Shown: one piece after another, positions 31,417-44,670 of the stretch
Numbering within the stretch: position 1 is the first letter of the stretch
Layout: each line of letters begins with the position of its first letter
Assembly (NCBI GenBank): GCA_963845185.1
Contig: CAWJRG010000009.1
Location: forward strand, 416,001-480,000
From: an uncultured bacterium
Lineage (GTDB): Bacteria; Oederibacteriota; PGYV01; CAWJRG01
DNA length: 64,000 nucleotides
Direction: 5' to 3'
Notes under the pieces: generated by a model
Seen by the model: the letters and a program-made list of their open reading frames with translations, nothing else
What the model was told of the DNA's origin: nothing
Databases searched by the model: none
Program-made: the position numbers and the translations under genes

Positions 31417-32385
31417 ATGGCTGATAAGAAAAAACTGAATATAGCAATGTACTGGGCAGGCGCCTGCGGCGGATGCGACGTATCTTTGCTTGATATAGAT
31501 GAGAAAATCCTCGATGTGGCTGCTGCTGCGGACATAAAGTTCTGGCCTATTGCCATGGATTATAAAGTTTCCGATGTTGAGGCATTGCCGGATCAATCAA
31601 TTGACGTAACATTTTTTAACGGCGCGGTGAGAAACTCGGAACAGAAACATCTCGCTGAACTTTTGCGCAAGAAATCAAAGCTTATGGTGGCTTACGGCTC
31701 ATGCGCTTATCTTGGCGGAATACCCGGGCTTGCCAATTTTACAACCAAGCAAGCTATACTTGACAGGGTGTATAAAACAACTGAGAGCACAGATTCGGCA
31801 AACGGCTCGACTGTTTATCCGCAACCTGAATTCAAAGTGCCTGAAGGCGATGTAAATATACCTGTAATGCATGATTATGTAAAAGCGCTTGGCCAGGTAG
31901 TGGAGGTTGATTATTATTTGCCGGGATGCCCGCCGACTACAAACATTATCACTGCCGCAATAGACGCGATAGTGTCTGGCAATCTTCCGGAGGCAGGCAC
32001 AGTAATAGCTGGTGAAAAAAATCTGTGTGAGGAATGCCCCAGGGTCAAAACTTCAGAAAAAAAAGTAAAGAAATTTTTCAGGCCACATGAAATAATACCT
32101 GATAAGGAAAAATGCCTGCTTGAGCAGGGCATAATCTGTAACGGCCCGGCGACAAGGAGCGGATGCGGGTCCAGGTGTATACTGGCGAACATGCCGTGCA
32201 GGGGATGCTTTGGGCCGGCAAAAGACGTCATTGACATGGGCGCAAAAATGCTCTCGGCTGTCGCTTCGGTTATTGATGCAGATACGCCGGAAGAAGTCGC
32301 AAGAATTACTGAAGATATACGGGATGTAGACGGGACTTTTTACAGGTTTAACCTGCCTGTGTCTTTGCTCAGGAGGGCAAAATAA
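31417..32385 (+). CDS. mvhG: [NiFe] hydrogenase small subunit (group 3c)
   Basis: CGGCD, GSCA..GGIPGL.N, PGCPP, LCEECPR, CLLEQG..C.GPAT..GC...C...NMPCRGC.GP. Confidence 0.92.
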   Translation: MADKKKLNIAMYWAGACGGCDVSLLDIDEKILDVAAAADIKFWPIAMDYKVSDVEALPDQSIDVTFFNGAVRNSEQKHLAELLRKKSKLMVAYGSCAYLGGIPGLANFTTKQAILDRVYKTTESTDSANGSTVYPQPEFKVPEGDVNIPVMHDYVKALGQVVEVDYYLPGCPPTTNIITAAIDAIVSGNLPEAGTVIAGEKNLCEECPRVKTSEKKVKKFFRPHEIIPDKEKCLLEQGIICNGPATRSGCGSRCILANMPCRGCFGPAKDVIDMGAKMLSAVASVIDADTPEEVARITEDIRDVDGTFYRFNLPVSLLRRAK

Positions 32386-33848
32386 TGAAAAAAATAACCA
32401 TAGACCCGATAACCAGGCTTGAAGGCCACGGTAAAATAGAAATTTTCCTGAATGATTCAGGCAAAGTGGAAAATGCGTATTTGCAGGTGCCTGAGCTCAG
32501 GGGCTTTGAAAAATTCTGCGAGGGCAGGCCGGTCGAGGAACTGCCAAGGATAGTGCCGAAAATCTGCGGGGTATGCCCCGGAGTGCATCACATGGCAAGT
32601 ACCAAGGCAGTTGACGCTGTTTATAAGGTAACCCCTCCAGCGCCGGCAATAAAACTGCGCAGGCTTTTTTACGAGGCGCACAGCATACACTCGCATATAG
32701 CGCATTTTTACGCGCTTGCAGCGCCTGATTTTGTGGTCGGGCCACAGGCTGACAAGTCGAAAAGGAATATTTTAGGCGTCATTGAAAAAGTTGGGCTTGC
32801 GACAGGCAAGGCAGTTATTGAAGCCCGTTCAAAGGCGCAGAAAATACAGGCAATACTTTCCGGGCACCAGACGCATGTCGTTATGGGTCTTCCGGGAGGA
32901 GTGTCAAAGGGGCTGAACAAGGAAGAGGTTGCCCAGATACAAAAGTGGGCATTAGAGCTCCTGGAATTCGCGAAGGTGACAATAAAGATATTTGACGACG
33001 TTGTATTAAAGAACAAGGAATATGTTGACCTGATTTTAAGCGAGCCTTTTAAGCTTGTGACAAATTACATGGGAGTTGTGGACGAAAATAATAAAATGAA
33101 CATGTATGACGGCAAGGTGAGGGTAGTCGACTCCACAGGCAATGAATTGTATAAATTTTCTCCGCCCGAATATCTCGAATATATAGCCGAGCATACCGAG
33201 CCGTGGACATATCTGAAATTTCCGTATTTAAAGAAAAGAGGATGGAAAGGACTTGTTGACGGGCCTGACTCATCTTTCGCGACAGTCGCGCCTCTCGGCA
33301 GGCTGAACGCTGCTGACGGCATGGCGACCCCGCTTGCGCAGGAGCAGTATGAAAAAATGTACAAGACTTTAGGCGGCAAGCCCGCGCACCAGGTACTTGC
33401 GCAGCACTGGGCAAGGGTAATTGAGCTGCTTTATTTCTGCGAGCACCTTGTGGAGCTAAGCAATGACCTGGAAATATTATCGGATAATATCAGGCTTATA
33501 CCGACAGCCACACCATCAGAGGGAGTAGGCATTGTTGAGGCACAGAGAGGGACTTTAATCCACCATTATAAAACCGATGAAAAGGGAATGGTGCAGAAGG
33601 TAAATATTATTGTAGCCACTTCCTTTAACTATGGCGCAATGAACATGGTTATAAGGAAAGCTGCAAAGGCGCTTGTCGAAAAGGCAGGCAAGGTGACTGA
33701 CGGCATTTTAAACATGGTAGAGATGGCCTTCAGGACATATGACCCGTGTTTTGGCTGCGCCACGCATTCGCTTCCGGGCGAGATGCCGCTGATTGTGACT
33801 GTACGCGATTATGAAGGAAAAATTATTGACACTATCAGAAGGGACTAA
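32385..33848 (+). CDS. mvhA: [NiFe] hydrogenase large subunit (group 3c)
   Basis: TRLEGH, ELRGFE, L1 KICGVC...H, EA.RGTL.HHY, L2 DPCFGCATH followed by a cleavable C-terminal extension. Confidence 0.95.
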   Translation: MKKITIDPITRLEGHGKIEIFLNDSGKVENAYLQVPELRGFEKFCEGRPVEELPRIVPKICGVCPGVHHMASTKAVDAVYKVTPPAPAIKLRRLFYEAHSIHSHIAHFYALAAPDFVVGPQADKSKRNILGVIEKVGLATGKAVIEARSKAQKIQAILSGHQTHVVMGLPGGVSKGLNKEEVAQIQKWALELLEFAKVTIKIFDDVVLKNKEYVDLILSEPFKLVTNYMGVVDENNKMNMYDGKVRVVDSTGNELYKFSPPEYLEYIAEHTEPWTYLKFPYLKKRGWKGLVDGPDSSFATVAPLGRLNAADGMATPLAQEQYEKMYKTLGGKPAHQVLAQHWARVIELLYFCEHLVELSNDLEILSDNIRLIPTATPSEGVGIVEAQRGTLIHHYKTDEKGMVQKVNIIVATSFNYGAMNMVIRKAAKALVEKAGKVTDGILNMVEMAFRTYDPCFGCATHSLPGEMPLIVTVRDYEGKIIDTIRRD

Positions 33849-33875
33849 AGTTAATAATATTATATTGAGGGGAAC

Positions 33876-34373
33876 ATGGCAAGAAAGGCAACAATCAAAA
33901 ATCACAAACGGATTTTAATACTTGGAATGGGTAATTCAATATTGTCCGACGACGCTATCGGGCTTATTGTCGCCAAAAAAGTTTATGAAAGGCTCGGAAC
34001 CTTGAATTCAAAGCTCGGCACAGTATCCCTGCAACTTGCCGAAACAGGCGGGATGAACCTTATTGATATAATCCGTGGTTACGACAGGTTGATAGTCATT
34101 GATTCAGTAAAAACAGGGAGGTTTAAACCAGGGGAAGTTATTGAAATTGACGCCAGAGGTGTTATAGGTTCTCACAGGATGCTCTCGTCTCATGACATAA
34201 GCCTTTTTGAAGCGATAAGGTTAGGTAACCAGCTTGCGGTACATATGCCGGAAAAAGTCAAGATATACGGTATAGAAATTATAAATAATACAGATTTCGG
34301 GGATAAGCTTACAGAGGAGCTCGAAGAAAAACTTGATGATATAACAAATAAAATTGCAAAGCAATTTTGTTAA
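33876..34373 (+). CDS. Hydrogenase maturation protease
   Basis: ILGMGN.I..DD.IG, IVIDS, SSHD motifs; directly after mvhA. Confidence 0.9.
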   Translation: MARKATIKNHKRILILGMGNSILSDDAIGLIVAKKVYERLGTLNSKLGTVSLQLAETGGMNLIDIIRGYDRLIVIDSVKTGRFKPGEVIEIDARGVIGSHRMLSSHDISLFEAIRLGNQLAVHMPEKVKIYGIEIINNTDFGDKLTEELEEKLDDITNKIAKQFC

Positions 34374-34614
34374 AGTTATTTATAAAAGCCAGCTTGAAAT
34401 CAAATCTACTTCAATCGCCATTACGATAATCAAAAATTTCTTAAAAATATATTTTATTAGTGTAAAAATATATTTTTTTTAGTTTTGATTACTGTTAGGA
34501 TATACAAAACTAAAAATAATTGAATTGCTTTTCTCAATTTTTAATACATATTGATTCTAATTTTAACATAATATCTACAAAACTAGGATATCTAAAAATA
34601 AATTAACAAAAATC

Positions 34615-34643
34615 TTGACAAACCTAAAAAGATTTTGTATACT
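34615..34643 (+). promoter_or_regulatory. Near-consensus sigma70 promoter of the giant surface-protein operon
   Basis: TTGACA-17 nt-TATACT. Confidence 0.7.
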
Positions 34644-34712
34644 TCCAAGGCAAGCAAAAATCAGGCTGTTGTTTTTAAAGCCGCAAGGCATAAAATAAAA
34701 ATTGGAGCAGGG

Positions 34713-37700
34713 ATGGATAAAATAGTAAGGATTGGCAATAAAAAGGAGTCTTTGCGAAAAATAAAACTTTATGCTCTTATTATAATTCCTGTCTTATTTT
34801 TCTTTTCATTAAACGCCTATTCAGACGATTCCTTAAACGTTGATGCACTTACAGTTCCAAGCACATCGGCAGTAGGCCAAACAATAACAGTCATAATGAA
34901 TGTACAAGACAATGGCGATGGGCATGGATTAAATAATGTATCGCCAGGCACTCTCAAACTTACTAACAGTACTGGCAACGTAACCTTTGTGCAAGTACAA
35001 CCAACTTTAATTAGCAATATCCCGGCATATGCACATCAATTTTTTACTTTTATATATAATGCAACATATGGAGGCACGATTGAATTTACAAACGATACTT
35101 TACCAAGCGGGTATGATGCATCCGATAATGATCCAGTTACTGCCTTAAATCCCCAAACCAGCACACAGATAATAATAGATGACACATTAACAATTGCCAG
35201 TATGAACGCGAGCCCTGCTACAGTAAGCCTGGGCCAGATAATAACAGTTATAATGACCTTGTCTGATACCGGTAGTAATGGTTTAAATACTGTATCACCA
35301 GGCGATCTTGCGCTTACAAACATATTCGGCGGTGGCAACGTTACTTCTATTGACGTGCAACCATCTACAATTTTATCAATGGCGCCAAACAGCTCAGGCG
35401 CATTTACTTTCACATATAACGCGACAGGCGCCGGCTCTTTTCAATTTATAAACAACACAATACCCAACGCTACTGCCCCATATACCGATGATACAGTTTA
35501 TGCCTCTAACAGCCCATTAAGCAATCAGGAGATAATACAAACGCCTGCGTCGCTTCTGGTAAGCGGCATAACTGCACCGGCAGCAATTGCAGTAGGCCAG
35601 ACAATAAGCGTTGCCATAACAGTGCAGAATACGGGCCAGGCCGGAGCAACTGGAGTACTGCCGAACCCGCCGGTCTTAAGCGGGTTAACCGGCGCAATAA
35701 CCCCGGTGTCGACCCCTGTAGCGCAGAATATAGCAGGAGGAAGCAGCGCGACATTCACATATACATATTCGGCAAACAGCCCGGCATCAGTCATATTTTA
35801 TACAAACGGCGGCATCAGCGGTAAGGACGCGAATTCCGGAATTGACGCGGGCTGGACAGACACTGGATATAATGCAGAAACAATAATAGAAGCGACGCTG
35901 GGTGAACTTATTGTGAATTCGAATGCTGATTACAATGACGGCATGTACGGTAATGGGCATGACACTTTAAGGGAATGTATGGCCATAGCGGAATCGCTGT
36001 CAACGGCAACGACAATACATTTTTCCCCTTCCATAGCAAATACAACCATAACTTTAACCAACGGCAGCTTGCCTCATATTGCCAATGCCAGCGCGCCGGT
36101 AATAATTGACGGCGGGAACAATAACATAACAATAAATGGAAACAGCAATAATATTTTTTATATAAGTTCTTCAAACGGCAATAAAATACTAAACCTGTCA
36201 ATGATAAACGGGGCTTTTGGCGTTTATATAATTAACGGTAACAGCAATCTGGTGTCAGGGTGCAGGATAGGAATTGACTGGAATGGTAATGTTGCAGGAA
36301 ACAATTACGGCATATTTATTGTAAATGCTTCGGGGAATACAATAGGCGGCGACGCAATACCAGGCAGTAGCGGCGGTACGGTTTACGGCAACGTAATTTC
36401 AAACAGCGTAAATGACGGCATACTTATGACAGGCTCTTCATATAATATGGTGCTCAGCAATTTCATTGGCACTGACGCGTCAGGCACAGTGGCTGACCCG
36501 AACGGCAGCAACGGTATACATATAACGGGTGGGTCCTATTATAACTCCATTGGATATAATAATTCCGGGAACCTTATATCGGGCAATAACGGGAATGGAA
36601 TCCAGATAGACAGCTCCAGTTATGAAAACGGCGTGTTCGGCAACGTTATAGGCTGTAATGTTTATGTGCTTACGGGAAATAAAGCACTTTCTGCAGCCAT
36701 ATCAAATAACGATAACGGCATTGAAATAACAGGCATAGACGCACATGACGCAGGCAAGGATTATACAGCCATAGGCAGTTATAATCCGCTGGAAGGCAAC
36801 GGCACCCAGGGCAGCGGCAAATACGACCAGCCGGGCAATACAATAGCCGCGAACGCGCAAAACGGCATATATGTTACAAATTATTCATCATCGGCTTATA
36901 TCGGTAACAACTCAATAGGATTAATCTTCGGGAACACGAGCGCGGGCAACGGCCTGAACGGGATATTAATTGATTATAATTCCAATAACAGCTACATAGT
37001 ATCAAACCTCATAAGCGGTCATACCGGGGGTTCGGGGATTGGAACTTCCAGCGCGAATAATTGTTATATATACCAGAATATTGTGGGGCTCGATTCGACA
37101 TTGAGCAATGCAAAGCCAAATACTGTTGGGATGGATATCAAGACTTCATCATATATATACGTCGGGCAGCAGGGCAGCCCATCATCGGGCAATGTCATAG
37201 CCGCAAATACAAACCAGGGCATTCTGCTTGACGGAGGCAATTACAACGAAATATATGGCAATTATATAGGCACAAACTTAAGCCTGAATGCCAGTCTTGG
37301 CAACGCGGAAGGCATTGCAATAATAGACAACGCGACGTTTAATGAAGTGGGAGGAAGCGTTGGTTCTGGCGATGAAAACTATATAATGGATAACAGCGTA
37401 AACGGGGTACAGATAGGCAGCGGCACAACAGACAGCACTGGAAGCAATTTTATCAATTCAAATTATATCACCAATAATAACGGTCTTGGAATCGACCTGG
37501 GCAATGACGGAATAACGGTTAATGGCTTATACACATTCCCAACAGCCGGAGGGCCCAATGGATGGGCGTATTATCCGACGATTACCAATGCATATATGGC
37601 AGACAGCAATACGCTGCATGTCGACGGAATTACAAATATTACAGATAGTTTAGAAGTAGGAGTTGTTATAGGGGTTTCAGACAATGACGGGCAGCAGGGC

Positions 37701-40700
37701 TCGGACAGCGTGAACCACGGCGAGTGCCCAATGCCGATTGCGTATGTGACGGGAATAACAGGCGGTCAATTTCATGTGGACATAGATACAAGCGCGCTCC
37801 CGACTCCTGATTTGGGAGGCTATGAGCTTACAAGTTATAATATCAGCACTTACGGTTCTTCGGAATTCTCGGCAAATGCGAGTGTATTCGCGGCAGAGCC
37901 GTCACTGACAGCTACAACAACTTACACAGTGACACAGACTTCGACATTTACAGTAACAGTAACATACACAATTACTCCGACAATTACACCTATGTGCGCA
38001 TGTGTGACTACCCAGCATTGCTTTACCGTGGAAAATCCGGCGGATCCGGGCTACGTGGCGCCTGCGTATGAATATGATTTTGAGAATAACTTAAATGACA
38101 GCCTTGGCGGGTTGAACGCGGTGGCTAACGGGACCTTAAAATACGATACAGGAATGCCGGGAAAGTCAGTTGGAGGGTTCTTGCTCAACAGCGCATTTTT
38201 TTCGCTGTGCCCGTGCCAGTTAAGGCAGAAGGACTGCGTAATAGACTGGGATGAATACATAGACCCTGCGCAGGACGCAATTCTGTACCAGGGCAATCAG
38301 TACGGGCCTGCGATACTGGACGCAGTGCTCGGGCAGGGAGTCAGCGGAGACACAAGTTCAAAAGGCATAGCAGTGTTCCTTGACGAAGACGGCTCAAATC
38401 CAAATTACGCGTCGATAAGGGTGGGATACACGTTAAATTATAATAACGGGGCCAACAATATGGCGGTAGGAGGGCTGACTTCGGCAGGCTGGTATAATAT
38501 AAGGGTAAGCTGGACAGGAGCGCAAGGGGAAGGAAGCGGCTGGGGCACAACAGGAGCAGTAAAGCTTGTTGTGGTGAAAGACAGCGTAGGGATGGTGGGC
38601 GAGCAGGACAGCCCGGCTGATCAGCCGAATATATTTTGGCGCAAATGCAGGCGGTGAGGCGGTAAATATAGGTACAGACATGGGCGAGAGCAATTTTATA
38701 TACGGGGACATAGACAATTTAAAGATATGGAACTGCGTGAACGAAATAATGCCGACAGGGACAGTAACTCCTACAAATACAATGACGCAGACAATAACAG
38801 GGACAACCACGGCGACGCTGACAGGGACAATAACAAAAACGCTGACAGTAACGCCAGTAGTATCGGCTACGGTTACGCCCACAATGACGTATACAACAAC
38901 ACCTACAATAACGCCCATGTGCGTTTGTGTGAGCAGCCAGAGCTGTTTCACTGTGGAAGACCCGGGAGACCCAAGCTACGTGCCGCCCGCATACCAATAT
39001 AATTTCGACAACAACTTGAATGACAGTTTTGGCGGGTTAAATGCCGTGGCTAACGGGAACCTGATATTTGATACTGGAGAATCTGGAAATTCAGGGGATT
39101 ATTCAGTAGGAGGGTTCCTGGCCAACAGCGCATGGCTGTCTTTGTGCCCGTGCCAGTTAAGGCAGAAGGACTGCGCGATAGAATGGGATGAATACATAGA
39201 CCCTGTGCAGGACGCAATTCTGTACCAGGGCAATCAGTACGGGCCGACGATACTGGACGCAGTGCTCGGTCAGGGACTAGATGGGAATTCAAAAGGCATA
39301 GGTGTGTTCCTTGACGAAGACGGCACGAATCCGAACTATGCGTCGATATGGATGGGATATGATTTAAATTCCACGGACCAGGCGTATTTGATGTGGGTGG
39401 GAGGGATGACTACGGCAGGCTGGTATAATATAAGGGTAAGCTGGACAGGGGCGACAGGTGAAGGAAGCGGATGGGGCACAACAGGGGCGGTAAAGCTTGT
39501 TGTTGTGCAGGACGGAGTTGGGCTCGTAGGAGAAGAGGACAGCCCGCCTGACGCGCCTATATATTTCGGGCAGGATGTGGGTGGTAACTATGTAAATATA
39601 GGGACAAGCGACCAGAGCAGTTTTATATACGGGGACATAGACAACTTAAAAATATGGAACTGCATGAACGAGATAATGCCGACAGGCACAATAACCCCGA
39701 CAAACACAATTACGCCGACAGTAACAGTGACAACCACGGCAACAAAGACAAATACGATAACAAAAACTCCGACAAGAACAACTATAGTATCGGCTACAGC
39801 TTCGCCTACAATGACGTACACGGTTACCGAGACTGTAACTCCCATGTGCGCATGCGTGACTGCCCAGCATTGCTTCACGTTGGAAAACCCGTCTGATCCG
39901 AGTTATGTACCTCCCGCATATCAATATAATTTCGATAATAATTTATTAGACAGCTTTGGAGGGCTGAACGCGGTGGGCAATGGGCCTCTGATTTACGGCA
40001 CGGGGATGCCGGGGTCTGCAATAGGAGGATTTGTCAATGGAGGCTGGCTGTCACTGTGCCCGTGCCAGTTAAGGCAGAAGGATTGCGCTATAGAATGGGA
40101 TGAATACATAGACCCTGCGTATGACGCAAGCCACTATGGAAGCCAGTACGGGCCTGCTATACTAGACGCAGTGCTCGGGCAGGGAGTCGGTTCAGATTCA
40201 AGCTCAAAAGGCATAGGAGTATTCCTTGACGAAGACGGCTCAAATCCGAATTACGCAAAAATAAGGCTAGGATATTCGTTAAATTCCGACAGCGGTATAT
40301 ATATTATGCAGATAGGAGGGATTGCCGCTACAGGCTGGTATAATATAAGGGTAAGCTGGACAGGAGCGACAGGCGAAGGAAGCGGCTGGGGCACGACAGG
40401 CGCGGTAAAGCTTGTTGTTGTACAGGACGGCGTTGGTCTGGTCGGGGAGCAGGACAGCCCGGCTGATCAGCAGTTATATTTTGGCACGGACATGGCAAAT
40501 GAAGGGGTAAATATAGGGACAGACATGGTCGAGAGCAATTTTATAAACGGGTACATAGACAATTTAAAGATATGGAACTGCATGAACGAAATACTGCCGA
40601 CAGGCACAATAACCCCGACAAATACAGTTACACCGACAGTAACCGGAACATATACATTAACGCTGACAAGCACAACAACACAAACTTCAACACTGACACC

Positions 40701-43700
40701 TATAGTTTCTCCCACATCTACGCCGACAGTTACATATACATTTACACCGACCGCAACGCCTATGTGTATGTGCGTTAGCAGTCAGAGTTGTTTCACTGTG
40801 GAGGACCCGGGAAACCCGAGTTACATGCCGCCGGCGTATCAATATAATTTTGACAATAACTTTAACGACAGCTTTGGCGGGTTGAATGCCGTGGCTAACG
40901 GGAACCTGATATTTGATGCTGGAGAATCTGGAAATTCAGGGGATTATTCAGTAGGAGGGTTCTTAACCAACAGCGCATGGCTGTCGCTGTGCCCATGCCA
41001 GTTAAGGCAGAAGGACTGCGCGATAGAATGGGATGAATACATAGACCCTGCGTATGATGCGGGTTATTATACAAGCCAGTACGGGCCGGCGATACTTGAC
41101 GCAGTGCTCGGTCAGGGCCTGGGTGGAGATTCAAAAGGCATAGCAGTGTTCCTTGATGAAGACGGCACGAATCCGAATAACGCGTCAATAAGGGTTGGAT
41201 ACGATTTAAATGGCCAGGGCTCTGCATATAATATGTGGGTGGGAGGTTTGGCTACGGCAGGCTGGTATAATATAAGGATAAGCTGGACAGGGGCGACAGG
41301 CGAAGGAAGCGGCTGGGGCACGACAGGGGCAGTAAAGCTTGTTGTGGTGCAGGACGGAGTTGGGCTGGTAGGAGAAGAGGACAGCCCGCCAGAGGACCTG
41401 ATATATTTCGGGCAGGATGTTGGCGGGAACTATGTAAATATAGGGACAGACGGCACTTATAGCAATTTTATACACGGAGACATAGACAACTTAAAGATAT
41501 GGAACTGCATGAACGAAATACTGCCGACAGGGACAATAACCCCGACAAACACAGTTACTCCGACAATAACAATGACATCTACTCTGACACCGACAGGCAC
41601 ACCGACAGTAACAGTTACAAATACTCCTGGCACGGCGCTTATTGTAAATGTTGATTCAGACGAAGATGGCATGCCGGGAAGCGTAACGCCGGGAGCCAAT
41701 ACTTTGAGGCAGTGCATAAACGCCGCAAATGCCCTGGCCGGGCCGGTAACAATAACCTTTGACCCGGTTATTGCAAACACAACAATAACCCTTGGGTCTG
41801 ACCTGCCGGTTATTTACAACACAAATATTACCCTTACTATTGACGGGGGCAGTAACGGCATTGTTGTAAACGGCGCCACTTACAGAATATTCAGCATATT
41901 AACAAGCAACAACATAATAGACAACCTGGCAATGGTGGGCGGCTATTGGGGCGTTGTAATAAGCGGGCAGTCAGGCGCAGCGTCCGGCAACATGATATTC
42001 GGCTGCAATATCGGCGTTGACTGGAACAATAATGCCGTGGCAAACCAGTACGGCGTGGTGCTGGAACAAAACGCAAATGAAAACTATATAGGTCTGAACA
42101 GCGGCTCCGGGCTGGCATACGGCAACATTATATCCGGCAACACATACGACGGAGTGTATATTGACGGCTGCAGCAACAACTGGGTTGTAAATAATTTCAT
42201 TGGCACGGATTCTACAGGCATGACAGCCATTCCGAACGGGTATGACGGAGTGCATCTGGCAAACAGTGCATACAACAATACAATCGGATATTATGACCAG
42301 GGCCTTGGCAATATGGGCAACGTAATATCAGGGAACACGGACGACGGAATTTATATTGAGAACGGCGCTGAAAATACAGGAGTGTTTGCGAATGTCATAG
42401 GCGGAAACGCCGGAGTTTTAGCGGGAAACAGCGCTACGGCAGGAGCAATGGCAAACGGGTACAACGGAATTGAAATCAGCCAGGTGGACGCAGAGGGCGA
42501 CGGAGCTGATTACACAGGCATAGGAAATTATAACCCGGACACCGGGCTGTATGACCAGCCGGGCAACACGATAATGGCCAATACTTACAGCGGCATATAT
42601 ATTTCAAGTAATTCATCAATGGTTTTTGCAGGAAGCAACTCAATAGGCATAATGTTTGGCAATACGGCAGCCGGAAATGTTCAGACAGGAATAACAATTG
42701 ATACGCCCGCTTATGACAATTATATACAAACAAACCTGATAGGTGGACAGGGTAATAAGGGCTCTGTTGGAATTGAAATTAATGGCACAAACGGTTATAT
42801 ATACCAGAACATCATAGGGCTTAACGGGGCAATGAGCACAGCAGTGCCGAATTTTGCCGGGATATACCTTTATGGCGCGAGCAATGTGCAGATAGGCCAG
42901 CAGGGCAATGCAGGGTCGGCAAACGTGATAGCAGGCAACACGGTCCAGGGCATTTTGATTGACAACGGGTCAACTTATAACGGGATATACGGCAATTACA
43001 TAGGTACGGACACGAACCTTGACAATTTCGGCAACGGACAGGAAGGCATAGCAATAATAAACGGCTCGTCCAATAACCAGATAGGAAGCGGAGTTGGCTC
43101 TGGCGACGAGAACTATATACTTGACAACCTTACGGGCGGAGTAATTATAGGCGCAAGCCCGCTGGACACCGCGGCAGTTGGCAATATGGTGGACTCGAAT
43201 TATATCTCTAACAACAACGGGCTTGGCATAGACCTTGGCAACGACGGCATAACGGTGAACGGCAGCGAACCTGCATCCGGGCCAAATAACTTTGTATATT
43301 ACCCTGCAATAAACAACGCGCAGATGACAGGGCCTACGACCCTGCATGTTGACGGCGACACGAATATCACGGACGGCTCGGATATAGGGGTTATTATAGG
43401 CATATCCGACAACGACGGCCAGCAGGGCACGGACAATTTAAGCCATGGCGAGTGCCTGCATCCTATTGCGTATGTGGATATGATTGGCGGCGGAGGCGGA
43501 GGAGCTTTCAGCGCAGACATAGACACGAGCGCGTTCGGCGACTTAACGGGCAGAATAATTACAAGCTATAACATTAACAACAGCGGTTCGTCTGAATTCT
43601 CGGCAAATGCCGCGGTATTGGCCATGCCAACCTACACATTCACGATAACTCCGACAGAGACAGTAGTAATATCAGAAACAGTGACGCAGACAATAACGCC

Positions 43701-44649
43701 TACGCCGACATTTACAATTACTGTAGGCGCGACGCCAATTGCGCCTGCAGGGCTGTCAGTGACACAAAACGGCGCGAACACCACGCTCCAGTGGGGCACT
43801 GCAGGAGACGCGGTTTCATATAATATTTATACTGCGGCAGGGGCAGCGGGCAAGTTTAACACGTTCCCTGGAGCAGGCTGGACGAAGATAGCAACAGCGG
43901 CGCCGACAGCAGGCACAACGACATATACCTACGCGGACGCGTCAGGCAACGCATATATATTCTACCTTGTGACAGCGCAAAACGGCGCTGGCGAGGGCAT
44001 GCCGTCGGCCATGGGAGCAAAAGTAATCATGCAGTTTAATTATATTGCAGGCACGACAAACACATACAGGGTATCGCTGCCGTATGTCTCCAAGTACACA
44101 AAGGCAGGGGATATAGTGACGGACATAGAGGGGTCATTAAGCACAGACGCAAAAATTAACAGGATTGCGTTATGGGATCATATTAACCAGGTATATAACC
44201 CGTACTCATACAAAATGGGCACATGGATAGGGACAAACTGGGCAGTTGACGCAGGCACGTCGTCATCCAACGCGTTTGCCGCGTACACCATGTCGAGTTT
44301 CGCGTGGACAGTGGCAGGGACAGACACAAGCGCAGGGCTTGGTTTTGCGTACAACCCGGCCATAACCAACGGCAATGTAAGGATGCTGCCGTACACAGGG
44401 ACCTACACCAAGGCCTCGGACATAGTGACTGGCATTGAAGGCGGCACAGGGCCGGGGACAAACACAAAAATCAACAGGATAGCGGTATGGGACAGCGTAA
44501 ACCAGATTTATGTGCCGTATTCATACAAGGCGTCAATGAACGGATGGGTCGGGACAGATTCGCAGATACTGCCGGGCATGGCAGTGGACATATATTTAAG
44601 CGGGAACACAGGGGTGTTTACATGGACCCCGAAACTGGTAACACCATAA
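34713..44649 (+). CDS. Giant (~3,310 aa) modular surface protein: signal, three Ig-like domains, CSLREA-like plus beta-helix module, four Cys-rich LamG-like repeats with Thr/Pro linkers, second beta-helix module, FN3-like domain, duplicated C-terminal domain; one extra base near 38628 splits it into 1340- and 1989-aa ORFs
   Basis: At the break, removing one A gives DQPIYFGANAGGEAVNIGTDMGES, matching repeat 3 (DQQLYFGTDMANEGVNIGTDMVES). 34713-44649 is 3n+1 long. Confidence 0.85.
37992..41535 (+). repeat. Four intragenic ~0.92 kb repeats (starts 37992, 38917, 39844, 40762)
   Basis: Each unit contains MC.CV....CF, SLCPCQLRQKDC, GSGWGTTGAVKLVVV, IDNLKIWNC.NEI.PTG; near-identical DNA blocks. Confidence 0.95.
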
Positions 44650-44670
44650 CATGACAACGGAGAGATAATC

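Noticed and set aside
28798..33848. Selenocysteine recoding in hdrA/mvh genes
   Set aside because: Metal-ligand positions are Cys codons; the hdrA break is a frameshift, not an in-frame TGA.
37992..41535. Diversity-generating retroelement behind the variable loops
   Set aside because: No reverse transcriptase or non-coding template repeat in the window; the differences include indels and do not look adenine-specific.
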